Assembly: GCA_028286465.1 (NCBI GenBank)
Contig: JAQBRN010000004.1
Span: forward strand, 1-59,923
Length of the DNA: 59,923 bases
Reading direction: 5' to 3'
Source: Parcubacteria group bacterium
GTDB taxonomy: Bacteria; Patescibacteriota; Minisyncoccia; Phycocordibacterales; Zambryskibacteraceae
Positions 52,890 to 59,923 of this stretch are shown here, piece by piece. A program made the translations under genes and the position numbers. The notes under the pieces are model-generated. The model had not been told where the DNA came from and ran no database searches. It worked only from the letters and a program-made list of their open reading frames with translations. Within the stretch, counting starts at the first letter, position 1, and the number at the start of each line of letters is the position of its first letter.

Positions 52890-52961
52890 GGCCCTATCGT
52901 CTAACGGTTAGGACGGAAGCTTCTCAAGCTTTAAATCGGGGTTCGATTCCCCGTAGGGTCA
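52890..52961 (+). tRNA. tRNA-Glu (anticodon CTC), no encoded CCA
   Basis: Manual cloverleaf: acceptor GGCCCTA/TAGGGTC (one G-U), D arm GTCT-AACGGTTA-GGAC, anticodon arm GAAGC-TTCTCAA-GCTTT, T arm CGGGG-TTCGATT-CCCCG, discriminator A. Confidence 0.9.
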
Positions 52962-53087
52962 CAAAATAAAATCCCTCTACGCTTATGCATCGCGGGACCG
53001 GAATGAGCGGAGGCAGCTCAGGTAATTTCTCACGCCGAACATGTGCCCTCTCCGGCTAAATTTCTTACCGCACACCATAATGACTTA

Positions 53088-53116
53088 TTGATTATGTCAA
53101 TGTAGTATGCTATACA
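53088..53116 (+). promoter_or_regulatory. sigma70-type promoter TTGATT-17-TATACA with TGc extension
   Basis: Read directly, about 37 nt upstream of ATG 53153. Confidence 0.5.
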
Positions 53117-53152
53117 TTAAAGAGATCGAACATTTCCACCTGTAGGGTACCC

Positions 53153-53542
53153 ATGCGCTCATTCGAGATCCCCCGTGCACTCTTCGACAGCCTTCGTACG
53201 AGCGAGGCGTCAGATATCAGCCGTCTGAGCGGAACACTTCTCATCGCCTCGGCAGCACTCCCCGGTCATCCCGAAGCTGTCATCATTTGGGAGGAAGAAT
53301 ACCCGGTTTGTAAATTCAAGCTCTTCCTCTCCGGGTTCAATCGCGAGTTTCCTCGGGATAACTTCCCGGAACTCACCCTGAGCGCCATGCACGGCGCACC
53401 GCACCTCGAAGCCCCGCTCAGCTTCCTCGAAGACGAGCCGGGGAAAAGCATCCTCGACCGGGCGATCGAGCTCTACAGAAACTGCGATGACTACCGTCAC
53501 ACTCGAAACCCGAAAACGGGATTCGCAGAGATCCCCATATAG
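53153..53542 (+). CDS. hypothetical protein
   Basis: 129-aa ORF with promoter and terminator; no family recognised. Confidence 0.5.
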   Translation: MRSFEIPRALFDSLRTSEASDISRLSGTLLIASAALPGHPEAVIIWEEEYPVCKFKLFLSGFNREFPRDNFPELTLSAMHGAPHLEAPLSFLEDEPGKSILDRAIELYRNCDDYRHTRNPKTGFAEIPI

Positions 53543-53554
53543 GGATCTTTTTTA
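53529..53554 (+). terminator. rho-independent terminator
   Basis: agatccc-N6-gggatct + TTTTTT. Confidence 0.7.
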
Positions 53555-54385
53555 TTTCAAAAAGAGATTCCTGAAAAGCGCTGCCACGGTAACTGGACCG
53601 ACACCGCCGGGGACGGGGGTCATAAGCGAAGCCTTTTCAACACAGGACGGATCGACATCCCCTGCGAGCTTGCCTTGATCCGAACTCGTGCCGGCATCGA
53701 TGAGCACGACGCCGTCTTTGATCATATCGGGTTTTAAAAAATGAGGTACGCCTATACCGGAAATGATGATGTCGGCTCTAGCAAGCAATCTCAGGATCTC
53801 CGAGTTTTCTGTATTCTTATCTATGAATGTAAAGGGAATACCCTCCCGCTCGAAAAGCATTCCGACAGGTTCTCCCACAAGCCGACCACGGCCTAAAACG
53901 ACGACTGACTTCCCTTCCAAGGGGACTTTATAATATTTCAATATCTCTTCGACTGCGGCAGCCACAGGCGGCACTCGCTCCGTCTCACCTTCCTTGAAGC
54001 GGCGGATCATTTCCGGGCCGAGGACGTCGACATCGAGTTCGGGATCAATAGCCGCAAGCACCGCATTCGCATCGATCCCTTCCGGGAGCGGAAGCTGGAT
54101 GACGATGCCATTCGTATCCGATGCATTGAGTTCTTCGATGATCTCCATTGCCTCATCGGTCGTCTCAGGAGTGCGGATGAGCTTATGCACTTCGACGCCG
54201 AGCCTTGCTGCGAGCGCCTCCTTCCGTGCAACGAAAGCCTCCGTGGCCGGATCGGCGTTGAAAATGACAAAAGTAATATGAAGCTTCCGGCTTCGAGCCT
54301 CTTTCTCAAGGTGAATAACCATCCGCTCCGCGACGAGCCTGCCGTCGGCTGCGCCTATTTGTGCTTTCGATCTCTCTGTATCCAT
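53552..54385 (-). CDS. folD: bifunctional methylene-THF dehydrogenase / methenyl-THF cyclohydrolase
   Basis: 277 aa; GRGRLVGEPVG, TPVPGGVGPVT; start overlaps the murF 3' end by 31 nt. Confidence 0.9.
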   Translation of the reverse strand: MDTERSKAQIGAADGRLVAERMVIHLEKEARSRKLHITFVIFNADPATEAFVARKEALAARLGVEVHKLIRTPETTDEAMEIIEELNASDTNGIVIQLPLPEGIDANAVLAAIDPELDVDVLGPEMIRRFKEGETERVPPVAAAVEEILKYYKVPLEGKSVVVLGRGRLVGEPVGMLFEREGIPFTFIDKNTENSEILRLLARADIIISGIGVPHFLKPDMIKDGVVLIDAGTSSDQGKLAGDVDPSCVEKASLMTPVPGGVGPVTVAALFRNLFLK

Positions 54386-55668
54386 TCTTGGTCTTGACGA
54401 ACGAGAAGCCTTTCCTTTTCTTCCGGATGCTTCATGAGCATCTCGACAACGCGCTCGGCGCGTATGCCTTGGGAGCCCTTCACAAGGACCGCATCGCCCG
54501 TTTCAATGATTCCTTTAAGAAATATCCCCGCTTCGCGGGAGTCGTCGAATTCGCGCACCTCTCCGAGTCCCGACTGGCGGGCAGCTTCCGCCGCATACTT
54601 CGAACGCTGGCCGATGGTCACGAGCATATCCGAGCATTCCGCCGCCAGAACTCCGGCCTTCTTGTGCTCATCGATCGAGAATTTGCCGAGCTCGAGCATA
54701 TCGCCGAGAACGGCGATCTTTCTTTTCGACTTATGAAGACTATTGAGTGTCAGCAGCGCTTCTTCGAGCGCGACCGGAGAGGAGTTGTAGGTATCATCGA
54801 TAATGACCGAACCCCGCTCTCCTTCGATGATACGCATTCTGCCCGGCGTCGGCTCGTGAGTACGGAAGGTCTTGGCCGCAGCGAGCACATTTTCTCCGGT
54901 GGCTTCCGTCACGGCGAGCGCGGCAAGGATCGGATAGACCAAATGCCGACCGAGCGTGCCCTTCAGCATGACCGGGAATCGCGAATCTTGGGCTCTATAG
55001 TAAACATCGAACATGATCCCGTCCGGCAGATCGCGCGAGTCGTAACTGACTGCATAATTCTCGAGAACAATGTCGGCGGTCGATGCCTCTCCGAAGTAGA
55101 GCACCTTCTCCGATGTCAGATCCTTGAAGGACACGACGTCTTCATCGTCCGCATTCAGTATGAGCGTGCCGGGAGATTTGAGCGCCTGCGCCAGGTATCC
55201 CTTCTCCTTGATAACCTCTTCGACCGAAGCGAAGAATTCAACATGCACGGGAACCTTCGAAAGCTTCGTGATGACGGAGACGTCGGGCCGCACCCACTTC
55301 GTGGCAGATTCGATGTCGCCCGGGTGATCCGCACCGAGTTCGAGGACGAGCCACTCCGGATAATGATTGGGAAAGAGAATAAGCTTTACACCTTCGATGA
55401 GTACTTCGAGCCATTCTCTCGCGCTCGTCGAGTTCGTCGGGTTCTTCGTGCCGAGGATAGTGAGCGGCAGACCGATGTCCGAGTTCTGGCTCTTCCGGGC
55501 CTTTCGTATCGAGAGGGACTTCGAAAGCGCCGTATATATGGCATCCTTGGTACTCGTCTTCCCCACCGTGCCGGTCACCGCCACGATCTTCGGCTTGTAC
55601 TTCTTAAGCACCATTTTCGATTCGAGAACGAGGATAGAGACGACGGCTTTCTTGAATAGATCTTTCAC
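54355..55668 (-). CDS. murF: UDP-MurNAc-tripeptide--D-alanyl-D-alanine ligase
   Basis: 437 aa; VTGTVGKTSTKD P-loop, Mur ligase middle and C-terminal domains. Confidence 0.9.
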   Translation of the reverse strand: MKDLFKKAVVSILVLESKMVLKKYKPKIVAVTGTVGKTSTKDAIYTALSKSLSIRKARKSQNSDIGLPLTILGTKNPTNSTSAREWLEVLIEGVKLILFPNHYPEWLVLELGADHPGDIESATKWVRPDVSVITKLSKVPVHVEFFASVEEVIKEKGYLAQALKSPGTLILNADDEDVVSFKDLTSEKVLYFGEASTADIVLENYAVSYDSRDLPDGIMFDVYYRAQDSRFPVMLKGTLGRHLVYPILAALAVTEATGENVLAAAKTFRTHEPTPGRMRIIEGERGSVIIDDTYNSSPVALEEALLTLNSLHKSKRKIAVLGDMLELGKFSIDEHKKAGVLAAECSDMLVTIGQRSKYAAEAARQSGLGEVREFDDSREAGIFLKGIIETGDAVLVKGSQGIRAERVVEMLMKHPEEKERLLVRQDQEWIQRDRKHK

Positions 55669-55678
55669 TGTATATGCT

Positions 55679-57424
55679 TTAAGGATGGTAGGGCGGCGGG
55701 GCGTCTCTGTCGGGCGGTATGTCGTAGTAATTGATGAGGAATTTCGCCAGGTCGATGTAAGTGTCCGTCAGGGTCTCGGATGCATATTCGACGTTCTTTG
55801 GATAATAAGTATAAAGGAAAATAAGGAATCTGGCATTGTAGGACGGGAAATAGCCGAAGAAGGAATGGAGGTAATGGTCTGCATAATAGCCGCCCTGCGG
55901 GCTTGCGAGCTGCGCCGTGCCGGTCTTCGTGGCCATGCTGTAATTGGTGAGCCTGACCGTGCCGTTCTTCAGATAATCGTCTGCGACGATCGTAAGCATG
56001 CGCGAGATCTCCTCGGCCGTCGACGTCTTCAGGACTTGCGGGCCTTGCGGATAATCAAGCGTCTTCGATCCGCCGATGGTGTAATTGATCTGCTTCGCGA
56101 GATGCGGAGTAATAAGGTAACCGCCGTTCGCAAGCACCGAAAGGGCTCGGACGGTCTGGATCGGCGTCACGGCGATGCCCTGCCCGAAGGACGCCTGGGC
56201 GAACTCGAGATCGCGGCCGGTATTCAGATTCGAAATAAGGGAATTGCCCTCATTCGGAAGGTCGATACCCGTCGTACTGCCGATACCGTAGTTCAAAAGA
56301 TATTTCTTGAAGTTCTGATTCCCCATCTGCTTGACGACGTATGCGGCTCCGGTATTGAGTGAGTGGTCGAGCACTTCCTGCATCGATACCGCAGTACCAT
56401 GCGAGCGATTGTCATAATTACAAAACGTCTTCTTATCCAGAGTTTCGCATCCGGGATCATTGTATGTCGTATTCGCCGTGACGGCACCGGAATCGATGCC
56501 TGCAGCCATTGCAAGCGCCTTGAAGATGCTTCCCATCTCGTATCGGTCTTCGACGAGCTTGTTTCTGAAGACGGCGGCGCCCGAAGCGGCCGCGGGGTCA
56601 TTGGGATCGAAGGTCGGATTGAGTGCCATGGCATAGACCTCTCCCGTTTTTGGATCGATGATGATGCCGCCGGTGAATTCCGAATGGTACTGGTCCTGGA
56701 CCTTCTGCAAATCCGCTTCGAGTGCGGACTCGACCGACGGTTCGATCGTCGTCACCACATCGCCTTCGAGACTCTGTCCGGGAGTGATGGACTTTTGGAT
56801 ATTGGAGAAAATTTCCGCGAAGAAGTTGACGAACGCATCGTCGCCCGAGCGCGCAAGCACCGGCTCGTAGAAACGCTCGAGGCCATACTGGCCTTTGATC
56901 GTGGTGCCGTCCGCCGCATAGCCGATGAGACCGAGAGCATGCGCAGCCATGGTATTGCCAGGATAGGTGCGCCACTTGTCGCTGTAGACCGAAACGCCGG
57001 GGATGGCAAGGGTCTGGATCTTATCGGCGTCTTCGAAGGTCAGGCGCTTCGCCAGTTCTTCATACGGATCCGTCACCTTGGAAACCTTCTCGTCGAATAC
57101 AGCCTTCGGAACAGGGGCGACGGCATTTACCTTGTCGTAGATGGCTTTCGTATCGGCGCCGGACTTCGAGATCTGCTCGGGGTTGATCGCCAGAGTGAAG
57201 CCGGTCTTCACCGTCGCGGCCGGCACGAGTGTCCCGTCCTTCTGGGTAAAAAAGATCGACCCTCTATCGAAATAATTCGCCCCGGCCACATACTGATGCT
57301 CGGCCTTAGCCTTGAAGGTATCACCGGAAATCACTTGTACCAGATAGAGCTTGCCGATCAGGACGACGGCGAAGAGGATGATGCATATGGAAAGCAGGCG
57401 CAGGCGGTTATCGAACCGAAGCAT
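55679..57424 (-). CDS. ftsI: class B penicillin-binding protein (FtsI-like transpeptidase)
   Basis: 581 aa; N-terminal TM, SxxK (GSIFKAL), SxN (HSLNTG), KTG (KTGTAQ). Confidence 0.9.
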   Translation of the reverse strand: MLRFDNRLRLLSICIILFAVVLIGKLYLVQVISGDTFKAKAEHQYVAGANYFDRGSIFFTQKDGTLVPAATVKTGFTLAINPEQISKSGADTKAIYDKVNAVAPVPKAVFDEKVSKVTDPYEELAKRLTFEDADKIQTLAIPGVSVYSDKWRTYPGNTMAAHALGLIGYAADGTTIKGQYGLERFYEPVLARSGDDAFVNFFAEIFSNIQKSITPGQSLEGDVVTTIEPSVESALEADLQKVQDQYHSEFTGGIIIDPKTGEVYAMALNPTFDPNDPAAASGAAVFRNKLVEDRYEMGSIFKALAMAAGIDSGAVTANTTYNDPGCETLDKKTFCNYDNRSHGTAVSMQEVLDHSLNTGAAYVVKQMGNQNFKKYLLNYGIGSTTGIDLPNEGNSLISNLNTGRDLEFAQASFGQGIAVTPIQTVRALSVLANGGYLITPHLAKQINYTIGGSKTLDYPQGPQVLKTSTAEEISRMLTIVADDYLKNGTVRLTNYSMATKTGTAQLASPQGGYYADHYLHSFFGYFPSYNARFLIFLYTYYPKNVEYASETLTDTYIDLAKFLINYYDIPPDRDAPPPYHP

Positions 57425-57426
57425 CG

Positions 57427-57747
57427 TTAACGATTAAGATTTACTGAAAGCGAAGCCGACGCGGCGCGCGAGACATAGACCGGAGCGGACACATCCTTGA
57501 AACCGTGACCGTACGCGACGGCGAGAGAGACGCCGTTCTTCATGCCGATGTAAGTGAATTCCATTTCCCCGATACGGGCTGCAAGCGTCCCTACTTCCCG
57601 TTCGAGGCTCTGGCGCGATACCGTGTTCGAAACGGCCGAAGAAACTGCATATATATAGAGTATCGAAGAGACAAAACAGATCGACACGAGGATCCAGAAG
57701 ATCCTGACCCTGTTATCGAATGCGAGTGCGTGTGTTTTGTATGTCAT
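57427..57747 (-). CDS. FtsL-like bitopic cell-division protein (by position and topology)
   Basis: 106 aa from ATG 4 nt after the rsmH stop; single TM then a short coiled coil; occupies the ftsL slot between rsmH and ftsI. Confidence 0.5.
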   Translation of the reverse strand: MTYKTHALAFDNRVRIFWILVSICFVSSILYIYAVSSAVSNTVSRQSLEREVGTLAARIGEMEFTYIGMKNGVSLAVAYGHGFKDVSAPVYVSRAASASLSVNLNR

Positions 57748-57751
57748 GGGT

Positions 57752-58636
57752 TTATAGTTTCTCTGCGACTCTGAGCTTCGCGCTGCGTGAACGGGGATTC
57801 TCTCGTGTTTCCTCATCCGTCGGCACGATGGGCTTCTTGGTAATGAATCGGGCCCTGCCTTCAGTGACCTTATCCCTAAAAAAATTCTTCACTATTCTGT
57901 CTTCCAAACTGTGGAACGATATGACCGCGAACCTTCCGCCGGGCGCAAGCGCTTCGAAGCCCTTTTTCAAGCCTTCTTCGAGCGCCACGAGTTCCTCGTT
58001 GACCGCGATACGGATGGCTTGAAACGTCCTCGTCGCCGGATTGATCCTCCCTCTGTGGTATGCAGCTGGCGTGGCAGCGCGCACTGCATCCTGTAAATCG
58101 AAGGTGGTCTCGAAGGGCTTCTCATCCCTTCTGAGAATGATCTCCCGGGCGATCTTTCTCGAGTACTTCTCTTCTCCGAAACCTCGGATGATAAGTTCAA
58201 GCGTCTCTTCGTCCCAGGTATTCAAGATCTCTTTGGCTGTCAGAGCCTCCTCGTCCTTGTTCATGCTCATGTGCAAGGGCTCATCCCTTTGGAAGGAGAA
58301 GCCTCTGCCTGACGTCTCGAGCTGATCACTCGAGATACCAAGATCGAGTAAGACCGCATTGACCGTCTTCATGCCGAGCGCTTCGAGTACCTGATCGAGA
58401 TTTCTGAAGGAACCGAGCTTAAGGTAGTGAGCGTTCGTGAGAGCCCGCAATCTCTCATCGCTACGCTCGAGCGCTTCCACATCCCGATCGAGACCGACGA
58501 TCTCGACGGAGTCGCCGAAGCGCCTCGCTACCTCGGCACTATGGCCGGCCGATCCAAGTGTCCCATCGAGGAAAATGTCGCCTTCCTTGAGATTCAGCCC
58601 GTCTATCGCCTCCTGTAAAAGTACGGCCGTATGCAT
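57752..58636 (-). CDS. rsmH: 16S rRNA (cytosine1402-N4)-methyltransferase
   Basis: 294 aa from ATG overlapping the mraZ stop (TGATG); HTAVLLQEAIDGL, DGTLGSAGHS, DLGISS motifs. Confidence 0.92.
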   Translation of the reverse strand: MHTAVLLQEAIDGLNLKEGDIFLDGTLGSAGHSAEVARRFGDSVEIVGLDRDVEALERSDERLRALTNAHYLKLGSFRNLDQVLEALGMKTVNAVLLDLGISSDQLETSGRGFSFQRDEPLHMSMNKDEEALTAKEILNTWDEETLELIIRGFGEEKYSRKIAREIILRRDEKPFETTFDLQDAVRAATPAAYHRGRINPATRTFQAIRIAVNEELVALEEGLKKGFEALAPGGRFAVISFHSLEDRIVKNFFRDKVTEGRARFITKKPIVPTDEETRENPRSRSAKLRVAEKL

Positions 58637-59070
58637 CAACGAATGCCTACGCTTCCTAATTTCTCGGCCATGGCATCGGCGTCCGTTTCGATCCGCTTCT
58701 TGTAAGCGGACCAGCGCTTGTCGTTCCAAAGCTCGATCCGGTCATGGACGCCGGCGAAGACAACTTCGGACTTCACTCCCGCGAACTCCTTCAAGTAATC
58801 CGGAACGAGGATTCTTCCCATGGAATCGACCTCGACTTCGGACGCCCCGGAGAACATGAATCTCGAGAAGCCTCTCGTATCCGCCTGCATCATGCCGAGC
58901 TTGGCCATCTCTCCTGAGATGACCTCCCACGTCTTGTGAGGGAAGAGAAAAAGACAGTTATCGAGTCCGCGCGTGACGACGACTTTCTTGCCCAATTCCT
59001 GCTTGAACTTCGCAGGGAGGGTCACCCGCTTCTTGTCGTCGACCGCATGCGTGTACTCGCCGATAAACAT
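58636..59070 (-). CDS. mraZ: transcriptional regulator MraZ
   Basis: 144 aa; MFIGEYTHAVDDKKRVTLPAKF and second SpoVT/AbrB-like repeat DSMGRILVP. Confidence 0.93.
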   Translation of the reverse strand: MFIGEYTHAVDDKKRVTLPAKFKQELGKKVVVTRGLDNCLFLFPHKTWEVISGEMAKLGMMQADTRGFSRFMFSGASEVEVDSMGRILVPDYLKEFAGVKSEVVFAGVHDRIELWNDKRWSAYKKRIETDADAMAEKLGSVGIR

Positions 59071-59109
59071 TGCTGTTATGGATTAACCGTCTTGCCGTAT
59101 AAACTAACA

Positions 59110-59177
59110 CCCACTTTCCCCCACTTAGTCACCATTCTATCCCACTGACTTCCACCGGGCTACTAAAGTTATCCACT
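59110..59177 (-). promoter_or_regulatory. phased GTGG(G) direct-repeat array upstream of mraZ (candidate MraZ operator)
   Basis: + strand CCAC at 59111, 59121, 59142, 59152, 59173 and CCAT at 59132, i.e. 10-11 bp phasing; - strand boxes read aaaGTGGg, taaGTGGg, agaATGGt, tcaGTGGg, ccgGTGGa, aaaGTGGa. Confidence 0.6.
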
Positions 59178-59213
59178 TTTCCCCTTGTCATAGAAAACTT
59201 TCTGTTTTGAAAT

Positions 59214-59243
59214 AAAAAGCACCAAGGTTCAAAACCAAGGTGC
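59214..59243 (-). terminator. rho-independent terminator after 59252..59890
   Basis: gcacc/ggtgc plus ggtt/aacc two-part hairpin, T-run on the - strand. Confidence 0.55.
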
Positions 59244-59251
59244 TACTCTCG

Positions 59252-59890
59252 TCAGAAGACTCCGAATACAAAATCCGATCTGGTGTTGCCTCCATGTATC
59301 AGGCTCTTCCCATAGCGGAATTTAACGTATGTCTCGATCCGTCCAAGCCTTATTCCGCTCAGATCCAGCTCGCCGGTATACATGAGCGAGGGCCCGAAGG
59401 TGGGGTTCTGCCGCGCCTCACCCTGCCGCCGTTCGCTAACGAGCGATCCGCCAAACATGAAGTCGTCATTTCGAATATAGACCTCCGTCGAATGGTAGAA
59501 GGGGGCGGTACTCCTTCTCGTCTGGGTGTATTGGCTGAAGTGGTATACTCCGATCCATCTGCTGACGAATTGGATATTCTCGCCGACAGATGGCCCCGAT
59601 TGGTCGAAGAGAGACAAGCCTCCGAGCGGCACAATGCGTAGCGAATCGAAATCGAACGCACGGCCCGCAAGAACCGTCAAAGCGCTCGGCGTCGACACTC
59701 CGTAGCGCATATCGAGAATCGCCGTCCCATCTTCTTTATGTAACCAGGGCGAGATCTGGGATTTCCTACCGCTCTCGGTCTGACTCCACGCCGTCAAGCG
59801 CGTTTGCGCCTTCAGTCTCGGCGTACAAAACAGGATGAAGAGAACGATAATGGCGACAAACCAGCACCAAAACTTCTGTCGACCGGTCAT
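59252..59890 (-). CDS. hypothetical secreted beta-rich protein ending in an aromatic residue (outer-membrane-barrel-like pattern)
   Basis: 212 aa from ATG behind GAGGG; signal-like MTGRQKFWCWFVAIIVLFILFCTPRLKAQ; alternating hydrophobic strands; C-terminus SDFVFGVF. Confidence 0.5.
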   Translation of the reverse strand: MTGRQKFWCWFVAIIVLFILFCTPRLKAQTRLTAWSQTESGRKSQISPWLHKEDGTAILDMRYGVSTPSALTVLAGRAFDFDSLRIVPLGGLSLFDQSGPSVGENIQFVSRWIGVYHFSQYTQTRRSTAPFYHSTEVYIRNDDFMFGGSLVSERRQGEARQNPTFGPSLMYTGELDLSGIRLGRIETYVKFRYGKSLIHGGNTRSDFVFGVF

Positions 59891-59923
59891 GGAACCCTCG
59901 CAGGACATGGGAACGTTCTGTAC

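Noticed and set aside
1-59923. An alternative genetic code (UGA or UAG reassignment, as in some candidate phyla).
   Set aside because: TGA (gltX, aspS, the GNAT gene), TAG (246..791, dnaB, 50484..50921) and TAA (dnaK, trpS, murG) all end recognisable proteins at their expected C-termini. No conserved gene needs read-through. The single in-frame TAG at 35915-35917 is better explained as a mutation or error.
1-59923. Search for CRISPR arrays, rRNA genes, IS elements, transposases, integrases or phage structural genes.
   Set aside because: I saw no regularly spaced direct repeats, no rRNA-like conserved stretches, no DDE or tyrosine/serine-recombinase motifs in any ORF, and no terminal inverted repeats around the AT-rich gene. 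Detection by eye is limited, so short or degenerate elements could be missed.

Overview
This 59.9-kb window is gene-dense. I call about 78 protein genes and one tRNA-Glu(CUC), and found no rRNA, CRISPR array, transposase or integrase. The genetic code looks standard, because TAA, TAG and TGA all end recognisable genes at the expected length. No similarity search was possible; every family call rests on motifs read from the translations.

Core content: rpsI (3' fragment), grpE-dnaK-dnaJ, two ABC exporter genes, trpS-aspS, scpAB, and a D-Ala-D-Ala carboxypeptidase. The cell-division/wall (dcw) cluster is split into two blocks: mraY-ftsW-murG-gltX-M23 peptidase on the + strand and mraZ-rsmH-ftsL-like-ftsI-murF-folD on the - strand. 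Also present are rpmA, rplI, ctpA, cysS, dnaB-recR, rplU, rmuC, a YqeY-like gene and ogt.

Several traits suggest a small-genome, Patescibacteria/CPR-like bacterium, but this is inference only. They are an archaeal-type AspRS, a DnaJ without a zinc finger, and many small anchored proteins of unknown function.

Positions about 26.8-36.5 kb form an accessory stretch of mostly monocistronic small genes, each with its own promoter and hairpin terminator:
- an EVE-domain protein, a DUF1653 protein and a GlcG-like protein;
- a sharply AT-rich, apparently foreign OLD-family ABC-ATPase/Toprim gene;
- a tightly coupled UmuD'-like / Pol-beta nucleotidyltransferase / Y-family polymerase cassette behind a GAAC-N4-GTTC (LexA-type) palindrome;
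- a VirB1/IagB-like lytic transglycosylase whose signal peptide is interrupted by an in-frame TAG.

Other notable points:
- About two dozen start codons lie 6-8 nt downstream of a (TGn)TAnnnT box, which suggests leaderless transcripts.
- A helically phased GTGG(G) repeat array sits upstream of mraZ.
- A three-gene operon is built around a TraD/VirD4/HerA-like ATPase.
- A Trp/Arg-rich small ORF lies next to the ABC exporters.
- Several complete mini transcription units encode only very short ORFs.
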